Of a DNA stretch of 64,000 nt, positions 33,876-41,933 are shown piece by piece. The DNA is from Gammaproteobacteria bacterium. Its GTDB lineage: Bacteria > Pseudomonadota > Gammaproteobacteria > GCA-002705445 > GCA-002716945. Numbering within the stretch: position 1 is the stretch's first letter; each line of letters starts with the position of its first letter. Below the pieces are notes generated by a model that saw nothing but the letters and a program-made list of their open reading frames with translations, had not been told where the DNA came from and did not search any database. The translations under genes were made by a program, and so were the position numbers. The stretch lies in contig JABHRC010000037.1 in assembly GCA_018670435.1 (NCBI GenBank), forward strand, positions 25,467 through 89,466. Direction: 5' to 3'.

Positions 33876-34619
33876 ATGAAATACAATTTTTTTCCTATAA
33901 ACAAAGTCGATCTAACATTGCCACTACTCATGTTTATTGTCCTGTTGCTGACTGGCTGCAGCACAACCAATACATCAAAAGATGACCCATTGGAGCCACT
34001 CAATAGAGCAGTATTTAGTTTTAATGAGGTTGTAGATGACAATATACTTCAGCCTGTAGCAAAGACATACAAATACATAACACCAGATCCTGTTGAAACA
34101 GGGGTATCCAATTTTTTTGGTAATCTTGGAGAAGTCAGTACAATAGCAAATGATGTTCTTCAACTGAAATTCGGACAAGCTGGTAATGATATTTTAAGAT
34201 TTTCAATAAATACCACTCTTGGTGTTTTAGGAATATTTGATGTGGCCAGCTCTATAGGCTTGAAGAAAAATAAAGAGGATTTTGGACAAACATTAGGATA
34301 TTGGGGTATGCCGCAAGGTCCTTATTTAGTCCTCCCTTTTTTTGGGTCTAGTAGCTTTAGAGATGCTCCAGGTCTTTATGCTGATATGGCAATATCTCCA
34401 GTTGAACAACTTCATAACAAAGAACAGCTGGCAGCCAAGACATTAAATGTAATCGATATTAGAGCTAGATTATTAAGGGCAACAAGAATTCTTGATACAG
34501 CTGCAAAAGATAAATATATATTCATCAGAGAATCTTATCTTCAAAAAAGAGAGCTCGAGGTTAATGATGGTAAAAATGCAGAAAATTTTGAAATTGATGT
34601 CGACGAGGTTGATTACTAA
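33876..34619 (+). CDS. mlaA: MlaA/VacJ outer-membrane lipoprotein
   Basis: Lipobox LLTGC after the ATG at 33876; VacJ signature DPLEPLNRAVFSFNEVVDD...NFFGNLGE...NDVLQ. Confidence 0.88.
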   Translation: MKYNFFPINKVDLTLPLLMFIVLLLTGCSTTNTSKDDPLEPLNRAVFSFNEVVDDNILQPVAKTYKYITPDPVETGVSNFFGNLGEVSTIANDVLQLKFGQAGNDILRFSINTTLGVLGIFDVASSIGLKKNKEDFGQTLGYWGMPQGPYLVLPFFGSSSFRDAPGLYADMAISPVEQLHNKEQLAAKTLNVIDIRARLLRATRILDTAAKDKYIFIRESYLQKRELEVNDGKNAENFEIDVDEVDY

Positions 34620-34639
34620 ACTTAAAATAAGTTTTCTTT

Positions 34640-35608
34640 ATGTATAGTTTAGTTTATCTTTATTTAATTATTGGCCTACTCCTAATTAGCTATGGTGCAA
34701 ATCTTCTAGTAACATCTACAGAAAATATTGCCAATAAATTCAATATATCACATTTTATTTCGAGCTTTATTTTTATCGGAATTGCAACATCTGCTCCAGA
34801 AATATTTATATCTATAATATCCACTCTAGATGGAAGTGGTAATATAGCAATTGGGAATGCTTTAGGGTCTAACATAGCCAATATATGTTTTGTGTTTGCT
34901 TTGACTATTTTATTATTTAGATCAAGGATTTCTAAAAATAATAAAATACTATCTATTGAAACAAAATTTTTTATTATTATTGTAATAATCTTATCTATGC
35001 TAATGTATCCCATTCTTAAAGATGGTGTCGTTACAGTTGCTAATTCAATAACTCTTCTGATTTTCTTTACACTATCATATTATCTCTATAAGAAATATTT
35101 TTACTTGGATATTGTTGATGCAGGTGAAAACCACAGATATATAAGCAAACTTCGTATTTTCATAGTATTGATAACTGGTCTTACTTTACTTCTGACAGGA
35201 ACAAAAATATTTTTAGATAGCAGCATAACTATTGCTGAATCATTTGGAATATCTGACTATGTTATTGGGCTCTCAATAACAGCTATTGGTACGAGCTTAC
35301 CTGAATTAGCATCAAGTATCGAATCAGCTAGAAAAAAGAATTTTGATTTTATTATTGGGAATGTTTTAGGATCCAATATATTCAATATTGCAATTGTAAT
35401 AAGTATAGTAGGATTCCTAGACAATGGACTTTCTCAAGCCTTATCTGAGTTAAATGTTATCAGAGATATAGCTATGATCTTAATTACAACACTAGGCTTT
35501 TATATTATAATCAAGAACTATAATCAATATTTAACTAAAATTTTATGCTTGGTATTGCTGTTTTCTTATATACTCTACCAGTTTAATCTATATGGAATAA
35601 ACATATGA
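34640..35608 (+). CDS. yrbG: Ca2+/Na+ antiporter family (YrbG-like) membrane protein
   Basis: Two internal alpha-repeats (GTS.PE / GNALGSNI and GNVLGSNIFNI); sits upstream of kdsD as in E. coli. Confidence 0.85.
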   Translation: MYSLVYLYLIIGLLLISYGANLLVTSTENIANKFNISHFISSFIFIGIATSAPEIFISIISTLDGSGNIAIGNALGSNIANICFVFALTILLFRSRISKNNKILSIETKFFIIIVIILSMLMYPILKDGVVTVANSITLLIFFTLSYYLYKKYFYLDIVDAGENHRYISKLRIFIVLITGLTLLLTGTKIFLDSSITIAESFGISDYVIGLSITAIGTSLPELASSIESARKKNFDFIIGNVLGSNIFNIAIVISIVGFLDNGLSQALSELNVIRDIAMILITTLGFYIIIKNYNQYLTKILCLVLLFSYILYQFNLYGINI

Positions 35609-36573
35609 AAATAGCCAATAAGATATCTATAGCTAAAAAAGTAATCCTTTCTGAATCAACAGCGCTAAAAAATATAGCTAATAAACTTAATAGTAACTTT
35701 GATCTAGCATGCAATGCGATTCTGGCCTGTAAAGGGAAAGTTATAACAATTGGTTTGGGAAAATCTGGACATGTAGCTGTTAAGTCTGCAGCAACATTAT
35801 CAAGCACGGGAACTCCATCTGTATTTTTACATGCTGCCGAAGCACTGCATGGAGATGTTGGTTTGATTAAAAAACTAGATTTGGTAATCTGTTATTCAAA
35901 TTCTGGCGAAACAAAAGAATTGTTGCTTTTATTACCTTTGCTAAAAATACTGAAAGTGACTTTAATTACAATAACGGGAAACAAAAATTCAACTCTAGCA
36001 AAATCATCAGATATAATATTAGACTCTAGTGTTAAATCAGAGGCATGTCCTATGAATTTAACTCCTACATCAAGTGTTATATGCGCTATAGGTTTATCTG
36101 ATGCTTTAGCAATAACACTTCTTAAGAGCAGAGGTTTCACATCCAAAGATTTTGCGAAATCTCATCCTCAGGGAGAGCTAGGTAAGAGACTATTGAAGAA
36201 AACTGAAGACATCATGGCAACAAAACATCTCCCTTATTCGCATACAGATATGAAATTAACTAAAGCCATAGATGTTATCACCAAATTTAATTATGGGGTT
36301 ATTATATCCTTAACGAAAGATAAAAAATTATTAGGGATATTTACAGATGGGGACTTAAGAAGAACTCTAAAAAATAACAATGATATTTCATCCCTCCAAC
36401 TATATAAAGTAATAAGAAAAAAACCAATTACAATACCAAGGAATTTGATGGCAAGTGAAGCATTAAATATCATGGAGCATAATCAGATCACTTGCTTGCC
36501 TGTTGTAAATACCGATAAAACAGTTGCAGGATTATTGACCCTCAATCAACTACTTAAATCAGGTATTGAATAA
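35605..36573 (+). CDS. kdsD: Arabinose-5-phosphate isomerase
   Basis: SIS domain (GLGKSGHV) plus a C-terminal CBS pair; yrbG-kdsD-kdsC synteny. Confidence 0.93.
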   Translation: MKIANKISIAKKVILSESTALKNIANKLNSNFDLACNAILACKGKVITIGLGKSGHVAVKSAATLSSTGTPSVFLHAAEALHGDVGLIKKLDLVICYSNSGETKELLLLLPLLKILKVTLITITGNKNSTLAKSSDIILDSSVKSEACPMNLTPTSSVICAIGLSDALAITLLKSRGFTSKDFAKSHPQGELGKRLLKKTEDIMATKHLPYSHTDMKLTKAIDVITKFNYGVIISLTKDKKLLGIFTDGDLRRTLKNNNDISSLQLYKVIRKKPITIPRNLMASEALNIMEHNQITCLPVVNTDKTVAGLLTLNQLLKSGIE

Positions 36574-37109
36574 TGGATTATAAAAAATATTCTGACTATA
36601 TGCATTCTATTGACCAAACTATAATAGACAAAGCTAAAAAAATTAAATTATTAATTTTAGATGTAGATGGTGTAATGACTGATGGAGGAATAATACTCTC
36701 TGATACTAATTCTGAATCCAAGAAATTCTTTGCTCAGGATGGTCATGGTATTATGATTATCAGAGAATTGGGAATTGAAGTAGCAATAATTAGTGGACGC
36801 TATTCGAAAGCTGTAGAGTATCGAGGCAAAGATCTTGGATTTGAAACTATAATTCAAAACTCACGTGATAAACTTGGGGATTATGAAAATACATTTTCTA
36901 AAAAATATGACTTAACAGATGTCTGTTTTGTTGGCGATGATGTTGTGGATATTAATTTATTGAAAAGTGTTGGGCTATCCATAACAGTTCCAAATGCAAA
37001 CTATAATAACCTGATGGAATACTCCGACTGGATGACTCCTAGAAAAGGTGGTAGCGGAGCAGTTAGAGATGTATGTGATCTAATATACTTAGCAAAAAAT
37101 AAAAAATGA
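36573..37109 (+). CDS. kdsC: KDO-8-phosphate phosphatase (HAD family)
   Basis: LLILDVDGVMTDG HAD motif I, GDD motif; synteny. Confidence 0.9.
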   Translation: MDYKKYSDYMHSIDQTIIDKAKKIKLLILDVDGVMTDGGIILSDTNSESKKFFAQDGHGIMIIRELGIEVAIISGRYSKAVEYRGKDLGFETIIQNSRDKLGDYENTFSKKYDLTDVCFVGDDVVDINLLKSVGLSITVPNANYNNLMEYSDWMTPRKGGSGAVRDVCDLIYLAKNKK

Positions 37110-37846
37110 ATCCAGTTTTCAGTTACCTCAATAAACTTTCAAGAAAAAATGTAATTATTCTAGGTATATTACTACTATTTACAGTATGGATTAATAATAT
37201 ATTATCTAATGCATTAAATTATAATGATCTAAATTTAGATGAAAAAATTTCTAATCATTTTATAAATAAATTTAAAATGAATGAGACCAATGTGGATGGT
37301 GTTATATCTTGGACTTTGCAAGGCGACAAATTAGAAAAATTTCCAAATAGCCTCAGATCTGAAGTAATAAATCCGGTAATGGAAATTAACTCAACAGAAG
37401 ATGCAAAATGGGTGATAAAAGCTAAGCATGCACTTGATCCAGATTCTCTTTTTAACTCAATTTATCTCACTGAAGATGTAGAATTCAACAAATATGATGA
37501 AAATAAAAATAATGAAGTTAATATAATAACTACAGAAGCAGTCATATATCCAGCTACTGAAATCATTGAAACAACTAAGTTTGCGGTAATTACAACGCCA
37601 GACTCAAAAACTACCGGTGATGGACTTATAGCTGATATGATAAAGGGTCAAATAAAAATTTTATCTAATGCTAAAAGGTTATCATACACAGGCGATCAAT
37701 CTCAAGAATTGCAAGGAGATGCAATGATGTATGATTTAGCTAAAAAATCTTGGATTTTACTTAAAAAAGAAAGCCAAGATGATAAAGTAAAGATACAAGA
37801 TAGGGTTAAAACGATTTTAAAAACAAAAAAAAGAGAAAAAGAATAA
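37106..37846 (+). CDS. lptC: LPS export protein LptC, unusually long (246 aa) with a C-terminal extension
   Basis: N-terminal TM anchor, position between kdsC and lptB, and an LptC-like core to about residue 195. Then about 50 extra residues follow (see finding). Confidence 0.75.
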   Translation: MNPVFSYLNKLSRKNVIILGILLLFTVWINNILSNALNYNDLNLDEKISNHFINKFKMNETNVDGVISWTLQGDKLEKFPNSLRSEVINPVMEINSTEDAKWVIKAKHALDPDSLFNSIYLTEDVEFNKYDENKNNEVNIITTEAVIYPATEIIETTKFAVITTPDSKTTGDGLIADMIKGQIKILSNAKRLSYTGDQSQELQGDAMMYDLAKKSWILLKKESQDDKVKIQDRVKTILKTKKREKE

Positions 37847-37847
37847 T

Positions 37848-38573
37848 ATGACTGGGCTAGACTGTATAAACCTTAATAAAAAATATAATGGTAAGACCGT
37901 AGTCCACGATATTAGCATTAATTTACAAGCAAATAGCGTGATAGGACTCTTAGGTCCTAACGGAGCTGGTAAAACAACAACATTTTATATGCTGGTCGGA
38001 CTCATAAAATCTAATAGTGGCACAATAACAATTAATGATGATGACATAACCTCGTTACCTATGCATATGAGATCTGACTTAGGGATTAGTTATCTTCCTC
38101 AAGAGGCATCAATATTTAGAAATTTATCAGTGAAAGATAATATATTGGCAATTTTAGAAACAAGGAAGCATCTAACTTCGAGTAAGATTGATGAAAAGTT
38201 CCAATCATTAATCAATACCTTAAAAATAGAACATATTCTATCAAATAAAGGAGCAAGTTTATCAGGTGGAGAAAGAAGAAGGGTTGAAATTGCTAGAGCT
38301 TTAGCAACGGAGCCAAAATTTTTATTACTAGATGAACCGTTTGCAGGCATAGATCCTCTATCAGTCATAGAAATTCAAAAAATTATTAAAGAACTGGTAA
38401 AGTCAAATATAGGTGTTCTTATAACAGATCATAATGTTAGAGAAACACTGAAAGTATGCGATCAAGCATACATTATCAGTGATGGAAAGGTAATAGCGCA
38501 TGGAAAACCTTCCGAGATTATCAAAGATAAAATTGTTCAGGATGTATATCTTGGTGATAATTTTAAGCTATGA
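37848..38573 (+). CDS. lptB: LPS export ABC transporter ATP-binding protein
   Basis: Walker A GPNGAGKTT, signature LSGGERRR, Walker B LLLDEP; immediately upstream of rpoN. Confidence 0.95.
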   Translation: MTGLDCINLNKKYNGKTVVHDISINLQANSVIGLLGPNGAGKTTTFYMLVGLIKSNSGTITINDDDITSLPMHMRSDLGISYLPQEASIFRNLSVKDNILAILETRKHLTSSKIDEKFQSLINTLKIEHILSNKGASLSGGERRRVEIARALATEPKFLLLDEPFAGIDPLSVIEIQKIIKELVKSNIGVLITDHNVRETLKVCDQAYIISDGKVIAHGKPSEIIKDKIVQDVYLGDNFKL

Positions 38574-39934
38574 GCGTTAAAGGGAAGCAGAGTTTATCCC
38601 TTAACAATAAACTCACAATGACTTTACAAATCCAGTTAGCAATTAAACTACTTCAGCTAAACTCACTTGATTTACAAAAAGAAATAGATGAAAAAATATT
38701 GGAGAACCCTTTCTTAGAAAATGAGAATTCTTCCGAGTCTACTGAAGTTACCTCAGAAATACCAATAATGGCATCTAACTATTCTGAGAGGAGTGATGAT
38801 GATTATGATGCATATGAACAATTATCCAGCTCCCATCAATCCTTGCATGAATATTTGATGTGGCAAATAGGATTATCTCCAATAAACGAAAATGATCAGT
38901 TCATAGCATACAACATCGTTGATTATATTAACGACGATGGTTTTCTGACAGAAAGCATAGAAGATCTATATATTTTATTAAAAAAAAATATAGAAATTAC
39001 TTTTCAAGAAATATTTGCTGTACTCCATAAGATACAACATCTAGACCCAATTGGTATTGGGGCTACTTCTCTCAAAAATTGTCTATCCATACAGCTTGAA
39101 CACTATCATAAAGATCATGACTACTATGATTCTGCAAAAAACATAATTGACAAACTAGAAGACGATATAAAACCATCAACTATAAGTTTTGATGCATTTA
39201 CATCTGAGTTTGAGAAAGAAGATGGCAAATATTTAGCAGCAACAGAGCTTGTCAAATCATTGAACCCAAAACCTGGAAATATAATTTCTAGATCATTGCA
39301 GCAAGAACATATTATTCCCGATGTCATTATTTCAAAAAAAGATAATAAATGGCTTACTGAATTAAATCCCTCTATTAATCCAAAGATTAGGATTAATAGA
39401 GCATATGAAAATTTAATGAAAAATATATCAAACAAAGAAGACAAGGAATATGTTAAAACAAATTTACAGAATGCTAGGTTTTTTCTTAAAGCACTAAAAA
39501 ATCGAAATCTTACTATACTCAAAGTTGCCAAAGTTGTATTTAAAAAACAAGTCAGCTTCTTAAATCAAGGTGATATTGCAATGAAGCCTTTGGGGCTAAA
39601 GGATATAGCTGCTGAAGTAGATATGCATGAATCAACTATCTCTAGGTCTACAAATAATAAATATGTCCAAACACCACGTGGTGTCTATGAAATGAAACAT
39701 TTTTTTTCATCAGAAATTAATACAGATTATGGTAAAATGATTTCATCAACAGCCATTAAATCAATGTTAGAAAAAATTATTTCTAAAGAAGACAAGAGTT
39801 CACCTTTAAGTGATTCCCAAATAGCTGATAGTCTCAACAAAGGTGGAATAAGAGTAGCGAGAAGAACAATTGCGAAGTATCGAGAAATGTTAGAGATACC
39901 TCCATCAAAAAATAGAAAAACAAGAGGTGTTTAA
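38570..39934 (+). CDS. rpoN: RNA polymerase sigma-54 factor
   Basis: N-terminal Q/L-rich region I (LTMTLQIQLAIKLLQL), HTH and the RpoN box ARRTIAKYRE. Confidence 0.95.
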   Translation: MSVKGKQSLSLNNKLTMTLQIQLAIKLLQLNSLDLQKEIDEKILENPFLENENSSESTEVTSEIPIMASNYSERSDDDYDAYEQLSSSHQSLHEYLMWQIGLSPINENDQFIAYNIVDYINDDGFLTESIEDLYILLKKNIEITFQEIFAVLHKIQHLDPIGIGATSLKNCLSIQLEHYHKDHDYYDSAKNIIDKLEDDIKPSTISFDAFTSEFEKEDGKYLAATELVKSLNPKPGNIISRSLQQEHIIPDVIISKKDNKWLTELNPSINPKIRINRAYENLMKNISNKEDKEYVKTNLQNARFFLKALKNRNLTILKVAKVVFKKQVSFLNQGDIAMKPLGLKDIAAEVDMHESTISRSTNNKYVQTPRGVYEMKHFFSSEINTDYGKMISSTAIKSMLEKIISKEDKSSPLSDSQIADSLNKGGIRVARRTIAKYREMLEIPPSKNRKTRGV

Positions 39935-40390
39935 ATGGATTTAAATAAATTTTTTTCAGAAGATAGCATACTTATGAACTGTCAATCTAGAAGCAAGAAG
40001 AATGTTCTAGAATTGATTAGTCAAATTGCTTCTGGTATCAGCGAAACAAGTGAAGATATAATTTTTCAAAAACTTTATGAGAGAGAGAAATTAGGTACTA
40101 CTGCATTTGGAAATGGTATAGCAATTCCTCATGCTAGAATAGATAATCTATCAGAAGCTAGAATAATAATATTGATGCTTGAAACAGCAATTGACTTTGA
40201 TTCAAGTGATGGGAAAAAAGTTGATCTAATTATTTCTTTGTTAGCTCCAAATAATAAAAATGAAATACATATAAAAATATTATCTAAGATAGCGGAAATG
40301 CTTGATGATAAGGATTATAGAGAAAAAATAAGAAATTGTTCGAATAAAACAGAAATTAAATCAGTAATTAATAGCTACCAAAAAAACTAA
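39935..40390 (+). CDS. ptsN: PTS IIA(Ntr) nitrogen regulatory protein
   Basis: 151 aa with the phosphorylation-site context GNGIAIPHARI; follows rpoN. Confidence 0.9.
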   Translation: MDLNKFFSEDSILMNCQSRSKKNVLELISQIASGISETSEDIIFQKLYEREKLGTTAFGNGIAIPHARIDNLSEARIIILMLETAIDFDSSDGKKVDLIISLLAPNNKNEIHIKILSKIAEMLDDKDYREKIRNCSNKTEIKSVINSYQKN

Positions 40391-40409
40391 AGACTTTATC
40401 TTGAAACTC

Positions 40410-41282
40410 ATGAAACCAAAATTAGTAATTATAACTGGACTATCAGGATCTGGTAAATCCATTGCGCTGAGATCTCTTGAGGACCTGGGTTATTTCTGCA
40501 TAGATAATCTATCCCCTAAAATGATAATCCAAATCCTTAAAGTCATAAAAGAGTCAAATCAAAAAATATATGAAAAAATAGCTATAAGTATAGATATAAG
40601 ATCAATAAAAATGGGCGATGATTATCAAAAGTCTATTGATATATTATATTCAGAGTTAATCAAACTAGATTTTAAAAGCACTACGGTATTTCTACATTCA
40701 TCTATCAAGATATTACTATCAAGATTTAATGCTACAAGAAGATTGCATCCCTTAACAAATAAAAATATAGATTTAAGGACTGCTATTTCAAGTGAAGCAG
40801 AAATTATGCAAAGATTAAAAGAAAAATCAGACTTAATTATAGATACAGACAGATTACTACCATTAGATTTAAAAAAAGCAATTGCATCTAAAATTTCAAT
40901 TATAAAAAATAATAAAGACATGTTGATTCAATTACAGTCATTTGGTTATAAAAATAGTATCCCTAGTGAAAGTGACTTTGTATTTGATGTACGGTGTTTA
41001 AAAAATCCATTTTGGAATAAATCACTCAGGGATTTGTCTGGCAAGGATCGCAAAGTTATATCTTTTATTGAATCTGACAAAACCTCAAAAGAGATGTTAT
41101 TGAGCATTATTCGATTCTTAAATAAATGGATACCAAGTTTCCGAAAAAGTGACCGTAATTACCTAACAATCTCAATAGGCTGCACCGGCGGTCAACATAG
41201 ATCTGTATATATGACAGAAATGGTTTCTAGACATTTTATTACTAAATATAATATCCTAGTGAAACATAGAGATATAAAATGA
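40410..41282 (+). CDS. rapZ: RNase adapter protein RapZ (YhbJ)
   Basis: P-loop GLSGSGKS and the C-terminal CTGGQHRSV motif. ATG at 40410 preferred over TTG at 40401. Confidence 0.92.
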   Translation: MKPKLVIITGLSGSGKSIALRSLEDLGYFCIDNLSPKMIIQILKVIKESNQKIYEKIAISIDIRSIKMGDDYQKSIDILYSELIKLDFKSTTVFLHSSIKILLSRFNATRRLHPLTNKNIDLRTAISSEAEIMQRLKEKSDLIIDTDRLLPLDLKKAIASKISIIKNNKDMLIQLQSFGYKNSIPSESDFVFDVRCLKNPFWNKSLRDLSGKDRKVISFIESDKTSKEMLLSIIRFLNKWIPSFRKSDRNYLTISIGCTGGQHRSVYMTEMVSRHFITKYNILVKHRDIK

Positions 41283-41695
41283 CAATTGGAATACTACTTT
41301 TAACACACAATGATATTGGAGCTCAATTGCTATTAGCTGCAAAATCTACCTATGGATCAGTACCTATAAGAACAGAAGTACTGTCAATTGATCATTATGA
41401 CCAACCATCTGATTTAACTAATCTGGCTAAGCAATATATCAAACTACTAAATAAGGGAAATGGTGTACTAATATTAACTGATATGTTTGGATCTACCCCT
41501 AGCAATATTGCCAGAGAATTTTCTCATTTAAAATCCGTTAATATTGTTGCTGGAATCAATCTATCAATGTTGCTTCATGTGTTTAATTACCCAGAGCTAA
41601 ATCTAAAAGATCTAACCAAAGCAGCTGTTGAAGGCGGTAAAAATGGAGTGATACAAATCGAAAATGAAAGAAAAAAAAGTAATAATATCAAATAA
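41279..41695 (+). CDS. PTS EIIA, mannose/fructose family (regulatory, no EIIBCD nearby)
   Basis: 138 aa starting MTIGILLLTHNDIG (His10 phosphorylation-site context). Confidence 0.8.
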   Translation: MTIGILLLTHNDIGAQLLLAAKSTYGSVPIRTEVLSIDHYDQPSDLTNLAKQYIKLLNKGNGVLILTDMFGSTPSNIAREFSHLKSVNIVAGINLSMLLHVFNYPELNLKDLTKAAVEGGKNGVIQIENERKKSNNIK

Positions 41696-41933
41696 GCTTG
41701 GCTTGCATGCTAGAGCTGCGGCAAAAATAGTTACACTCACTAATAAGTTTCAATCAATAATTGAAATAATTAATAATGATAAAAAAGCAGATGCAAAAAG
41801 CATTATGAAAATATTAATGTTAGCAGCACCTCATGGTACGGAAGTAATAATAACTGCTTCAGGAAAAGATGAGTCAGCAGCGATAAAAAGTTTAGAGAAT
41901 CTAATAAAGGCAAAGTTTGATGAAGAATCCTAG
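41664..41933 (+). CDS. HPr/NPr phosphocarrier protein
   Basis: 89 aa. His15 (GLHARAA) and Ser46 (AKSIM) fall at exactly the canonical positions when counted from the ATG at 41664. Confidence 0.9.
   Translation: MKEKKVIISNKLGLHARAAAKIVTLTNKFQSIIEIINNDKKADAKSIMKILMLAAPHGTEVIITASGKDESAAIKSLENLIKAKFDEES

Noticed and set aside
39124-39531. 135-aa minus-strand ORF inside rpoN. The same reasoning covers 54852-55301 (+), 29418-29765 (+), 32384-32713 (-), 34690-35013 (-), 2878-3183 (+), 38099-38368 (-), 40625-40921 (-), 41901-42206 (-) and the other 60-110 aa ORFs in the track.
   Set aside because: All of them are antisense to, or out of frame within, strongly supported conserved genes, and none has recognisable motifs. 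They are treated as non-coding shadow ORFs.
41664-41695. The 32-nt overlap between EIIA(Man) and HPr as a sign of a frameshifted fusion or pseudogene
   Set aside because: Counting from the ATG at 41664 places His15 and Ser46 of HPr at exactly their canonical positions, and EIIA has a normal length. Two independent overlapping genes is the simpler reading.
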